Positions 9,920 through 21,930 are shown, numbered from the stretch's first letter. The stretch: DNA of 64,000 bases from Acidobacteriota bacterium (GCA_036759345.1 DAIOUV010000006.1:28438-92437); one strand, 5' to 3'. A program made the numbers and translations. The notes: generated by a model not told the origin, from the sequence alone.

Positions 9920-11965
9920 GTGTCTTCGCGCCGCCGGCTTGGTCTCGCGCTCCTCGCGCTGCTCCCGTTCCTGAACGGGCTTCCATACGATTTCACATAC
10001 GACGACAAGCTGATCATCCGCGACAACGAGCGCATCGCAGCGCCGGCGAAGGTGGAGGAAATCTTCACGACGCAGTACTTCGGCGGGGCGCTCACCTCGG
10101 CGCAGAATTACCGGCCGATCCTCCTCCTGACCTATGCCGTGCAGCACTGGATCCACGGAAACCGGCCGTGGCTTTTCCGGGCGGTGAACCTCGCACTGCA
10201 CGCGGCGGTGACCGTGTCGCTCGGCGAGTGGCTCTTCGCGCTCGGCTTCGCCGCCGGTCCCGCCTCGGCGGTGGCCGCGCTGTTCGCGGTCGCGACTATC
10301 CACGTCGAGGCCGTGACGTCCCTCGTCGGCCGCGCCGAGCTCCTCGCCTCCTTGCTCGTCTTCGTCGTGGCGCGCCTCTGGCTGCGCGCGACGCGCGAAG
10401 GCCGCATCGCGCCAAGGCCCTATGGGGCCGCGCTCGGCCTCTTCCTTCTCGCGGTGTTCGTCAAGGAGAACGCGATCGTGGCGCCGGGCGTCGTCGTCCT
10501 CGGCGAGCTGTTCCGCGGCGGACGCGGCCGATCGCCGCGGGCGGCGTGGAGCGGCCTTTCCAAAGCGGCGCGCTGGGCTCTCGCGGGATTCGCCTTTCCG
10601 ATCGCTGTCCTCTTCGCCGTGCGTCTCATCGTCATCAAGGGGTTCCTCATTTCGAAGGAAGCGGGAGTCTTCGAGCTCGAGAACCCTCTCGTCGTGCTTG
10701 CGTTTCCCCTGCGGGCCGCGAATGCCCTCGGCCTCGGCCTGCGCTATGTCTCGAAGACGTTCCTGCCGATTCACCTCTCGGCCGACCACTCTGCCTACGC
10801 CTTGCCGCTCGCACGCTCTCTGCGCGACCCCGTCGCCTGGTGGGGAGTGGCCGGGGCGATGGCAGGCGTCATCCTCACCCTCGCGCTCTGGCGGAGACGA
10901 CCCCTCGCCGCCCTGGGCCTCTGCCTCTTCGCCGGCGCGCTCTTTCCCGCCTCGAATGTCCCGTTCATCATCGGCACGATCTTCGCCGAGCGTCTCGCCT
11001 ACCTGCCGTCCGCCGGGCTTTTTTGTCTCGCGGTGGGTCTCCTCGCCCCTCCGTCCCGGGAGGTCCCGAGGCCCGCACGGCCCTGGCGCGAATGGCTCCT
11101 CCTCGCCGTCGTCGCCCTGTACGGCGCGGCGACGATCGCGCGCAACCGGGTCTGGAAGGACGACCGGACGCTCTATGCCGACATGGTCGCGAAGGTCCCG
11201 AACTCGGCGAAGGCCCACTACAACGTGGCCTGGGACGCGCAGCGCGAGGGCCGTGGCGCCGAGGCCGCCCCGCATTTGCGCGCGGCCGTCGCGATCTTCC
11301 CGGGCTACTACGACGGCTGGGCGCTCCTCGGAAAGCTGCTCTGGGACGAGAAGAAATGGGACGAGGCGATCGCGTGCTACCGAAAGTCGGTCGAGATCTT
11401 TCCGTCGTACGAGAACGGACGATGGGGTCTCGCTAAGACGCTGGAAGAGTCGGGAAGGATCGAGGAGGCCCGAAAGGCCTTTGAAGACGGTGCGGATCAA
11501 TTACCCGATTCGTATCCGATCGCGTATCACCGGGCCGCGTTCCTCGAGGTTCACGGCACGCTGGAGCAGGCCGAGGATGCCTGGAGCGATGCCGTCGAGA
11601 ACGGCGACGGAGCCGGCTCCGCGCGCCTCGCGCACGCCCGCGTTCTGAGAAAGCTCGAGCGGGAGGAGGAAGCGTGGGACGAGGCGCGGTTCGCCCTCGT
11701 GAACGATCCCGCGAACGGCGCGGCGCGCCGCTTTCTCGCGGAGGGATACGAGCGCGCCGGCCGGACGCTCGCCGGAGGCGCGGAGTGGACGCGCGCCGTG
11801 CGCGGAAATCCGGACGACGAGACGCTCGCCTCCGAGCTTCTCGAGTACGCGGTGCGACACCCCGAGACGCGCTTTCGGGCGCGGCTCCTCGTGCCGGGAA
11901 TCCGCCGGAGCTTTTCAAAGCCCGGCGATCGCCTCGCGAAGGCGCTCGCGGCGCTCGGCGCCTAG
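9920..11965 (+). CDS. TMTC/PMT-like GT-C membrane protein with C-terminal TPR repeats (putative protein O-glycosyl/mannosyltransferase, DUF1736-like)
   Basis: ~420-aa polytopic N-terminal domain followed by TPR-like repeats (AHYNVAW…, GWALLGKLLWDEKKWDEAIACYRKSVEIFPSY…). Starts 10 nt after the EBP stop. Confidence 0.75.
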   Translation: MSSRRRLGLALLALLPFLNGLPYDFTYDDKLIIRDNERIAAPAKVEEIFTTQYFGGALTSAQNYRPILLLTYAVQHWIHGNRPWLFRAVNLALHAAVTVSLGEWLFALGFAAGPASAVAALFAVATIHVEAVTSLVGRAELLASLLVFVVARLWLRATREGRIAPRPYGAALGLFLLAVFVKENAIVAPGVVVLGELFRGGRGRSPRAAWSGLSKAARWALAGFAFPIAVLFAVRLIVIKGFLISKEAGVFELENPLVVLAFPLRAANALGLGLRYVSKTFLPIHLSADHSAYALPLARSLRDPVAWWGVAGAMAGVILTLALWRRRPLAALGLCLFAGALFPASNVPFIIGTIFAERLAYLPSAGLFCLAVGLLAPPSREVPRPARPWREWLLLAVVALYGAATIARNRVWKDDRTLYADMVAKVPNSAKAHYNVAWDAQREGRGAEAAPHLRAAVAIFPGYYDGWALLGKLLWDEKKWDEAIACYRKSVEIFPSYENGRWGLAKTLEESGRIEEARKAFEDGADQLPDSYPIAYHRAAFLEVHGTLEQAEDAWSDAVENGDGAGSARLAHARVLRKLEREEEAWDEARFALVNDPANGAARRFLAEGYERAGRTLAGGAEWTRAVRGNPDDETLASELLEYAVRHPETRFRARLLVPGIRRSFSKPGDRLAKALAALGA

Positions 11966-12492
11966 TCGACGGGCGGGGGGCTCTGCTCGGCGCGCGCAGC
12001 CTCTTCCCGCTCGCCTTCCGTCACGAGGGCGGCCGCGAGCTTCGCGCGGTGGCGCCGGATGAGGTTCACGAGGACCACGTACGTGAGCGCGCCGACGATC
12101 ACGGAGAGGAAGAACATCCCGACCGCCATCTGGACGCCGATGGCCTTCATCGTGGGGCCGGCGGCCGTCCAGAACGACCGCCGGAACATCTCGTGCCACG
12201 GCAGGTGGGCGACGGCCTCGCGCCGCGCACGCAGGAGGAGGCGCCCGATCGGGATCGCGAGGGCCGCGACCGGAGGCAGCGTGATCGGATTCACCACGAG
12301 CGTCCCGAGGAGGACGTCCACCTTGTTGAGCTTCAGGATGACGGCGAGAAGAAGCGCGATGATCCAGTGAAGGCCGAGGAGAGGCGTGAAGGAGATCGCG
12401 ACGCCGATCGCGAAGGACGCCGCGACGGTCTCGGGGGGCGAGTCGCTCCCGAGCATGTGAAGAAACCGGTGCTTGAAGCCTTCAGGGCTCAA
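11962..12492 (-). CDS. DUF2062 membrane protein
   Basis: FAIGVAISFTPLLGLHWIIALLLAVILKLNK…NPIT matches the DUF2062 signature. Overlaps the thiL stop by 11 nt. Confidence 0.7.
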   Translation of the reverse strand: MSPEGFKHRFLHMLGSDSPPETVAASFAIGVAISFTPLLGLHWIIALLLAVILKLNKVDVLLGTLVVNPITLPPVAALAIPIGRLLLRARREAVAHLPWHEMFRRSFWTAAGPTMKAIGVQMAVGMFFLSVIVGALTYVVLVNLIRRHRAKLAAALVTEGEREEAARAEQSPPPVD

Positions 12493-13509
12493 AGTGGTCG
12501 AAGCCCGCGTCCGGGAGGGGCGCGCGCTTTCCGCCGCGCACGAGGCGGACGCCCGCGCCGTCGTCGATGGTGCCGATCCGCCGGAGGGCGAACCGGCCGG
12601 TTAGAGCCTCGATCGCGGCGAGCTTGCGCTTTGGCACGGTGAAAAGCAGTCCGAAGTCCTCGCCGCCGTAGAGAGCCGTGGCAAGCGGATCGAGATCGAG
12701 GACGCCGGCGAGATCGTAGAGCGCGGAATCGGCGGGCAGGAGGCTCGCGTCCACGGTCGCTCCCACGTCCGATGCCCGGCAGAGTCGGTAGAGATCGCGC
12801 GCGAGCCCGTCGGACACGTCGAGGGCGGCCGAAGCGAGGCCGCCGGACGCCAGCGCGATTCCGAGCTCGAGCTGGGGCCGCGGGTCGATTTGGTGGCGGA
12901 TGAGCCGCGCCTTCTCGGGCGCGCGCGGCGCCGGGACGCGCCGCCCCTTCGGGTCGAGAACGTCCTTCTCCGCGGAAAGACGGTAGCCGGCCTCGAGCAA
13001 TCGGAGACCGGCGGCCGCAGCGCCGAGCGTCCCGGAGACGTAGAGCGCGTCTCCCGGCTCGGCGCCGGAGCGAAGAAGCGGCTTCTGCGGCGCCTGCCCC
13101 ATGGCCGTCACGGAGACGAAGATCTTCTCGGACGCGGAAAGGTCTCCGCCCACGATGGCCACGCCATGCTCGGCGGCGGCTTCGCGCACGCCCATCGCGA
13201 GGGCGTCGAGCCATTCGGGGCATGTCTTCTTCGGGAGGCCGAGGGCGAGGACGGCCCACAGGGGCGTCGCCCCCATCGCGGCGAGGTCGGAGAGGTTCAC
13301 GTTGAGAGCCTTGCGGCCGAGCCGGCGGGGATCCGAATCGCGCCGGAAGTCGTGATCCTCGAGGAGGACGTCGGTGGTCACCGCGAGGCGCGCCGGCGCG
13401 GCCAGGACCGCGGCGTCGTCGCCGATGCCGGTCTTCACGTCGCGCCGGCGCGTCGCGAAGGCGGCGGCGAGACGCTGGACGATCACATCCTCCGGCGGCA
13501 GACCCGCTT

Positions 13510-13513
<4 letters not shown>
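12482..13513 (-). CDS. thiL: thiamine-monophosphate kinase
   Basis: MKAGLPPEDV…GDDAAVL…AIVGGD…GEDFGLLFTV motifs. 343 aa. ATGA overlap with the lon stop. Confidence 0.85.
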
Positions 13514-15869
<2,356 letters not shown>

Positions 15870-15873
<4 letters not shown>

Positions 15874-16274
15874 GCGCCCTTCTTCCCTTTGACGACGGGA
15901 ATCGAACGGCCGCGAGAAACCGCCTTCTTCGGCACCTCGAGGACGAGGAGGCCGTCGGTGTAGGTCGCGCGCGTGCGCTCCGGGTCGGGGTCCTCCGGCA
16001 GTTCGAGGGCGCGCTCGAAGGCGCCCGCCGCGCGCTCGACTCTCAGGAAAAGACCGTCCGCGCGGTCCGTCGCGCGGCGGACGCCCTTGAGCGTGAGGAT
16101 GCGGCCCTGGATGTTCACCGCGATCTGGTCGGGCTCGGCGCCGGGAATCTCGAACACGAGCCGCCAGCCCTGCGCGTCCTCGACGACGTCGACCGGCGGT
16201 ATGAGGGCCGGGCGGACCGGCGGCAGAATCTCTTCGCCGAACAGGAAGGCGACGGGCCGTTCGTGCTTCTTCAC
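15870..16274 (-). CDS. Hsp20/alpha-crystallin family small heat-shock protein
   Basis: 134 aa with an alpha-crystallin domain (…GWRLVFEIPGAEPDQIAVNIQGRILTLKG…). 4-nt overlap with the lon start. Confidence 0.85.
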
Positions 16275-16750
16275 TTCGTTCTCCCCGCCCCGGGCACGCG
16301 TCCGAGGAGCGCCTTGAGCTCGTCCACGAAATCTCCGAGGTCTTCGAACCGGCGGTACACGGACGCGAAGCGCACGTAGGCCACCTGGTCGAGCTCCTTG
16401 AGCTTCTCCATGACCTGCGCGCCGAGCTCGGCGGTTGTCATCTCGCGGGGCTCGCGCGCCGAGAGCGCCGCCTCGATCTCGTCACAGACGGCTTCCAGCG
16501 TCGTCGTCTCGACGGGCCGCTTCTCGCAGGCCTTCATGAGGCCCCGGAGGAGCTTGTTGCGGTCGAACGGCTCGCGTCGGCCGTCCTTCTTCACGACGAG
16601 GAGCGGGATCTCCTCGACGGTCTCGTACGACGTGAAGCGGCGCTGGCAGGCATTGCATTCCCGCCGCCGGCGGATGACCGCTCCTTCGCGGCTTTCGCGC
16701 GAGTCGACGACCCGGTCATCGCCCACGCCGCAATACGGGCAGCGCATCAA
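16271..16750 (-). CDS. nrdR: transcriptional repressor NrdR
   Basis: MRCPYCG…CNACQRRFTSYE zinc ribbon plus ATP-cone. ATGA overlap with the upstream fusion gene stop. Confidence 0.9.
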   Translation of the reverse strand: MMRCPYCGVGDDRVVDSRESREGAVIRRRRECNACQRRFTSYETVEEIPLLVVKKDGRREPFDRNKLLRGLMKACEKRPVETTTLEAVCDEIEAALSAREPREMTTAELGAQVMEKLKELDQVAYVRFASVYRRFEDLGDFVDELKALLGRVPGAGRTK

Positions 16751-19700
16751 GCCCCGCGACTTCCGCGCAGCTTCTCGAGCGTGATCATCTGCTCGATCGT
16801 GCGCAGCGTCAGCTCCGCCTCGCCGAGCTCGCGGAGCCCCGACCAGTCGCGCCGCAGCTCACGCGAAAGCGAATCGGGCAGCGTTCGGAGCCAGCCCTCG
16901 ATCCTGAGGTCGACGAACTCGCGTTTCTCCTCGATCGTCAGCTCGCGCGCGAGCAGCAGGCGGCCGGCCTCCTCCGCGTCGATGACCGTCTGGAGCACGT
17001 TCCACCGGCTGCCGGGACGCTCCGCGCACAGAGCGGCGAACGCACCGCTGCTCGTCTCGCGGATCAGCTCCTCCTCGCGCGTGGTCATGCTCTCGTGCTC
17101 CTTCGGCTCGTCCCAGCTGTCGGAATCTTCCGCGATGTACCGCAGGTACAGCATGGCGAACAGGCACGTCGGTTGGACGAGTTCCTCGCGCACGCGGGCG
17201 TCGGCCCAGAGCGCCGCCGCGGCGCGCAGGCACCGTTTCGCCGTCGTCTCGGCCAGGCGCTTGCCGAAGACCAGCGCCACCGACTCGCTCACGAAAAAGC
17301 TCAGCTCGCTCGCGATGATCTCCCGGTATCCCGGCACGTGCCGCTCCAGGAGGGTCGCGGCGCGCCGGTCGATTGCCGCGAGGTCGCTCGTGACGGCGGG
17401 GAGCCCGAGCGTCGTGCAGCCGAGGTTGTAGTTGATCGCCCGCGGCAGCGTCACGCCCTCGGGCCATGCGTCGCGCAGATCGCGGTTGCCCGGCAGCTCC
17501 CGGCCCCCGCCCCACTCCTCGGGATATTCCGGGATCGAGCGGCCGTAGTTGACGGAGCCGGTCGCGCGGATCCGCACGCGGGTTTGCGGGACGAGCCCGC
17601 TGAACGGCGCGAGGAGCGGGGCGATCCGGAGCAGCGTCTCGGTGTGCGCCTTGACGCCCGCCTCGAGGAGCTTGAGCAGGGACTCCCGGTCCGCGGCCCC
17701 GAGGGTCGGCGCCGCGCGTTTCATGGCGACCGCGGCGCGGAACTTCGACGCGAGTCGCTCGGCCTCGGCCGGTGCGTCGGCCCTGATCCCCTGCATCGTC
17801 ACGCCGTCCGCGCGCGCGAACTGGGCGATCACACCCTCGTGATCAGGGTCGAACCCGCCGCGGAATCCGGCCCGGCCCGCGCCGACGAGGAACGTCACCG
17901 AGGGTGCGGGCTGCTTGATGCGCCGGGCGCGCGCGGCGAGGCGGTGCTCGGCTTCGCGCCTCCCCGCGACCGTGAGTGTGTAGGCCGCGTCGGTCGCGAT
18001 CTTGCCGCTCTGCTCGGCCGTGTCGGACATCGCGACGAACACCCTCACGGTCGCCCCGGTCCCGTCGTAGCGCGTCCTAAAGCCGCCCGGTCCCGGAAGG
18101 TCCGCGGCACCGCGGCCCCTTTCGAGCGCCTGGTAGTAGCCCTCGAGGAGGTCGGGCATGTGCGCGAGAGCGCCGACGTTCTCGACGAGCGGCACGAGGC
18201 GGACGCGCGACACCCGCGAAGACAGCTCCGCGCGACGCGCCTCGGGGATGCGTTCTGAGAGGAACGCATCGATCCGCTCCGGCAGGCCGCGGAAAAGGCC
18301 TTCGACCGCTTGGAGGTAGAGCGTGCCGATCTTGACGACCGCACCGAGCTCCGTGAGCGAGTTGACCTGCGGCACGGTCAGCTCGTAGATCGCGTTCTGG
18401 ACGGGCTCGATCCCCAGCCGTTCGCAGGCGAGAAGGAACAGGAAGTTGGCCCGCGCGACGGCCGCGAGGATCTTGGAGATCTTCTCCTCGTCCTGTTCGA
18501 GCCAGGGATTCGGCACGCGGAAGAGGAGGTGGCGGTCCTGGCCGGGGACGATGCCGTGCCGGAGCAGCGTGAGAACGACTTTCTCGGGGACCTCCAGCCA
18601 GTCGGGGCTGATCTGCCGGCCCTCGTAGTCCAGGAGGACCTCCGTGCACGGCCCGAGAAGGTCGGCAATCGTCTCCTCGAACTCCTGGCGCGCCTCGACG
18701 AGCGGGTTCCACTCGAGGTGCGTCAGCGCGCGTTCCGCACGGTCCGCTGTCCCTTCCGGCGCGGAGCGCAAGGCGCGCGCGAGCTGTTCGGCGCGGTGCT
18801 CCGTGGAGTCCGGGTGCTTTGTCCCGGTCAGGCGCAGCGTCTCGAGGCGCGGATGCTCGAGGAAGCGGCGCCGCGCCGCGGCGAAGGCCGGAACGTCGAG
18901 GGCGTCGAGCGCGGCGTACCCGGATTCCGTGCACACGCTGAACCAGACGGCCTCCTCGATCGATCGCTTTCCCTCATGCGGCAAGGGCGCGCTCGAGCCC
19001 GCATGACCCCGACTCTCGATTCGGGCACGCACGCGGTCCATGAAGACCGCGAGCTCGCTCACGTCCTTCGAGCCATAGGACAGGCGCTGCCAGGTCCCAT
19101 AGCGGGCCGGGTCGCTGCCGGCGAAGGCCGCGAACGGGATGCCTCCGACGCCGCCCGTGAGGAGGAAATCGAAAGCGTCCACGGAGGTCTTCACCACCGC
19201 CCGCTCGCGGACGCCATTCCGGAGCCGTTCGAACGACTCGCCGACGAGCCCGGGAAACGCGAGCGGCGAGTAGAACGTGCCGCCGAAGTCGGTGCGCGTC
19301 ACGCCGAGATGGGCGAGCGCGTCCGCCGCCTGAATCATGAAGTCGCGCCGCTCGCGCATGTACGGGGAGGGGCGCCGGAGCGTCGCGAGCGGGCTCTGCA
19401 GCGCGGCGAGGGCCCAGTCCTGCGCGAGCGTCGAGGGCGTCGCGACGAGCCACGCCGAGAGGTTTGCGACGATCTCCCGCGCGCGCACGCCGCCGGTCTT
19501 GATCTGGTCGGACAGCACCATCCAGCACGCGCGCGTGCCGGTCGACGCCCCGAACATGTCCATCTTCGACAGGCCGGACAGCGTGACCACCCAATCGCGC
19601 CACTCGGGGTCGGCGAACGCCGGGTTGACGAACGAGCCGACATAGTCGAGGCGCTGGTAGACCGAGTCGTAAAGCACATACACGCGGTGCTTCGCCGCCA

Positions 19701-20289
19701 CGCGTATGAGCTCCTCGACGAGTGCACGAGGGTAAACGCGTCCGGTCGGATTGTGCGGGTTGTTGACGATGACCGAGGAAATCCCACCGCCCTCGAGCAG
19801 GCGCTCGAGCTCCGCAGGATCGGGCAGGAAATCAGGCGGCGTGGTCGGCAGCTCGACGACGTGCTTGCCGGCGCGCTCGATGAACCAGTCGTATTCCCAG
19901 CTCGGACGCGGTACGACGACGCCGGAGCCGTCGGCGCCGAGCACCTCGAGCACCATCGCGAGGCCCGAGCGCGTGCCGGGCGTGAAAATGACCTCGTCGG
20001 GCAGGAAGCGGACGTCCGAGGCGGGATAGTCGAGAAGGCCATCGCGGTTGAAGAACTCGGCGATCTCGCTGCGCACGTCCATCCGGCCCACGGCGGGCCC
20101 GTAGCTGTGGACGGTATTGCGCGTAATGCGCTGCGCCGCCCGGACGACCTCGGGGTGCGGCGCGAAGTCCGCGTTCTTGTAGTCGCCCTGCGTGAGGTCG
20201 AGCGCGCCCTCCTGCTGCACGCGACGCGCGAAGGCGCGCACCAGCGGCTCGGGGGTCGAGAGCGCGCGCGTGGAAAGGCTCTGGGACAT
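16747..20289 (-). CDS. fusion protein: N-terminal class I/II PLP-dependent aminotransferase + C-terminal archaeal-type phosphoenolpyruvate carboxylase (PepcA-like)
   Basis: One uninterrupted 1180-aa ORF. Residues ~1-430 carry the aminotransferase signatures NNPHNPTG, LYDSVYQRL and SGLSKMDMFGASTGTR (PLP lysine). Residues ~480-1180 carry atPEPC-like motifs TGTKHPDS (MSTQHPD-like), DYEGRQI, FRVPNPW, VRLVPLVENVGA and the Gly loop GAGRAGFRGGFDP. Confidence 0.7.
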   Translation of the reverse strand: MSQSLSTRALSTPEPLVRAFARRVQQEGALDLTQGDYKNADFAPHPEVVRAAQRITRNTVHSYGPAVGRMDVRSEIAEFFNRDGLLDYPASDVRFLPDEVIFTPGTRSGLAMVLEVLGADGSGVVVPRPSWEYDWFIERAGKHVVELPTTPPDFLPDPAELERLLEGGGISSVIVNNPHNPTGRVYPRALVEELIRVAAKHRVYVLYDSVYQRLDYVGSFVNPAFADPEWRDWVVTLSGLSKMDMFGASTGTRACWMVLSDQIKTGGVRAREIVANLSAWLVATPSTLAQDWALAALQSPLATLRRPSPYMRERRDFMIQAADALAHLGVTRTDFGGTFYSPLAFPGLVGESFERLRNGVRERAVVKTSVDAFDFLLTGGVGGIPFAAFAGSDPARYGTWQRLSYGSKDVSELAVFMDRVRARIESRGHAGSSAPLPHEGKRSIEEAVWFSVCTESGYAALDALDVPAFAAARRRFLEHPRLETLRLTGTKHPDSTEHRAEQLARALRSAPEGTADRAERALTHLEWNPLVEARQEFEETIADLLGPCTEVLLDYEGRQISPDWLEVPEKVVLTLLRHGIVPGQDRHLLFRVPNPWLEQDEEKISKILAAVARANFLFLLACERLGIEPVQNAIYELTVPQVNSLTELGAVVKIGTLYLQAVEGLFRGLPERIDAFLSERIPEARRAELSSRVSRVRLVPLVENVGALAHMPDLLEGYYQALERGRGAADLPGPGGFRTRYDGTGATVRVFVAMSDTAEQSGKIATDAAYTLTVAGRREAEHRLAARARRIKQPAPSVTFLVGAGRAGFRGGFDPDHEGVIAQFARADGVTMQGIRADAPAEAERLASKFRAAVAMKRAAPTLGAADRESLLKLLEAGVKAHTETLLRIAPLLAPFSGLVPQTRVRIRATGSVNYGRSIPEYPEEWGGGRELPGNRDLRDAWPEGVTLPRAINYNLGCTTLGLPAVTSDLAAIDRRAATLLERHVPGYREIIASELSFFVSESVALVFGKRLAETTAKRCLRAAAALWADARVREELVQPTCLFAMLYLRYIAEDSDSWDEPKEHESMTTREEELIRETSSGAFAALCAERPGSRWNVLQTVIDAEEAGRLLLARELTIEEKREFVDLRIEGWLRTLPDSLSRELRRDWSGLRELGEAELTLRTIEQMITLEKLRGSRGA

Positions 20290-20305
20290 GGGCCGTGTTC
20301 CGGGG

Positions 20306-20911
20306 TCAGGTGCGGCCGAACGGGAACGGAATCACGTCGCCGTCGCCGGGCGCCTGGGGCTGCTCCACGGCGGCGGGACGGTCCGCGCGCGCGCCGCGCC
20401 GCACCTCGAGAATCAGGTCGCACAACTCGCGCACCGCTCCGGCGCCTCCGGGCTTCGTCAACTGAAGAGTCGCGGCCTCCCGCACGATCTGGACCGCGTC
20501 GGATGGAGCCGCGCCGACGCCCGCGCGCCGCAATATCCCGAGGTCCGGCAGATCGTCTCCGACCGCCACGATCTCGAACGCGTCGAGCGACCAGCGCTTC
20601 GCGAGGAGGTCGAACGCGGCCACCTTGTCGCGTTCGCCCTGCAGGACGTTCTCCTCGGGGATCTTCAGCTCGGCGCACCGGTGCGCGACGACCTTCGACG
20701 AGCGGCTCGAGATGATGCCCAGCCTGTAGCCGAGGTCGCGCAGCAGGACGAGGCCGAGGCCGTCCTTCACGTCGAACGTCTTCCACTCGCGCCCGTTTTC
20801 GTCGAACGTCATCGAACCGTCGGTCAGGACGCCGTCCACGTCGAGGACGATCCCGCGGATGCGCGAGAGGCGGGTCCGGAGGTCGTCGGGAACGATCGGA
20901 TTCGCGGGCAT
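20306..20911 (-). CDS. kdsC: 3-deoxy-D-manno-octulosonate 8-phosphate phosphatase (HAD family)
   Basis: IRGIVLDVDGVLTDG…FDVKDG…AVGDDLPDL matches the KdsC HAD signature. Confidence 0.8.
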   Translation of the reverse strand: MPANPIVPDDLRTRLSRIRGIVLDVDGVLTDGSMTFDENGREWKTFDVKDGLGLVLLRDLGYRLGIISSRSSKVVAHRCAELKIPEENVLQGERDKVAAFDLLAKRWSLDAFEIVAVGDDLPDLGILRRAGVGAAPSDAVQIVREAATLQLTKPGGAGAVRELCDLILEVRRGARADRPAAVEQPQAPGDGDVIPFPFGRT

Positions 20912-20940
20912 GTGTTCGGGAGATTATGCCCCGCCAACCG

Positions 20941-21918
20941 CTAAATCGACTCGATTCCCCACAGGTCGTGCAGGTGCAGGATCCCGGACGGTTTCCGATC
21001 GGCGTCGAGCACGAACAGCGACGTGATCTTCCGCTCCTCCATGAGCCGAAGCGCCTCGGCCGCGAAAGCGGTGGCGACGATCGACTTCGGTGTGCGGCCC
21101 ATCGCGTCGGCGGCCGTGTCGCTCATGATCTTCGGCCCGTCCCTCTCGAGGAGGCGGCGAACGTCGCCGTCCGACACGACCCCCACGAGCTGTCCGGCCG
21201 CGTTCGTGACGCCCGTGATGCCGAGGCGCTTTCGCGACATCTCGTAAACGACGTCCTTCATGGCCGCGGACTCCGGCACGAGGGGGATGGCCTCTCCCGT
21301 GTGCATGAGGTCGGCCACTTTCAGGAAGCGCTTGCCCAGCTTTCCGCCGGGGTGCAGCGCCGCGAAGTCCTCGGGCTGGAAGCCCTTCTCGACCGAGAGC
21401 GCCATCGCGAGCGCGTCGCCCATGACGAGCTGGGCCGTCGTGGAAGCCGTGGGCGCGAGGTTGAGCGGGCAGGCCTCCTCGCGGATGACGACCGGGACGA
21501 CGACGTCCGCGCCTTTGCCCAGCGTCGAATCCTTCCGGCCGGTCATCGCGACGAGCGTCGCCCCGCGGCGCTTCACGTGGGGGATCAGCGCGACCACCTC
21601 CTCCGTCTCGCCCGAGTGCGAGAGCGCGAGCACGACGTCGCCCTTGAGGATCATCCCGAGGTCGCCGTGGATCGCCTCCGACGGGTGGAGGAAGAACGCG
21701 GCCGTGCCCGTCGAGGCGAGCGTCGCGGCAATCTTCTGGCCCACGATGCCGCTCTTGCCGATGCCCGTCACGACGACGCGGCATGAGCTGGCGGACGTCG
21801 CCTTCATGGCCTCGACCGCGCGGTCGAAGCCTTCGTCGAGGCCGTCGGCGAGGCCGCGCACGGCCTCGGCCTCGGTCTCGATCACGCGGCGGGCTTCCCG
21901 CCGGGCGGACGTGGTCAC
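20941..21918 (-). CDS. kdsD: arabinose-5-phosphate isomerase (SIS + CBS domains)
   Basis: VVTGIGKSG…SHSGET SIS motifs plus a C-terminal CBS pair. Confidence 0.85.
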   Translation of the reverse strand: MTTSARREARRVIETEAEAVRGLADGLDEGFDRAVEAMKATSASSCRVVVTGIGKSGIVGQKIAATLASTGTAAFFLHPSEAIHGDLGMILKGDVVLALSHSGETEEVVALIPHVKRRGATLVAMTGRKDSTLGKGADVVVPVVIREEACPLNLAPTASTTAQLVMGDALAMALSVEKGFQPEDFAALHPGGKLGKRFLKVADLMHTGEAIPLVPESAAMKDVVYEMSRKRLGITGVTNAAGQLVGVVSDGDVRRLLERDGPKIMSDTAADAMGRTPKSIVATAFAAEALRLMEERKITSLFVLDADRKPSGILHLHDLWGIESI

Positions 21919-21930
21919 TGGAGGACGATC

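Noticed and set aside
7538-11500. 1320-aa ORF on the minus strand
   Set aside because: Antisense to the sigma-54 activator and TMTC-like genes. Extreme Arg/Gly/Pro/Glu low-complexity composition typical of a non-coding frame in 70% GC DNA. No domain signatures.
18310-20715. 801-aa ORF on the plus strand
   Set aside because: Antisense to the aminotransferase-PEPC fusion and kdsC. Arg/Glu/Asp-rich nonsense.
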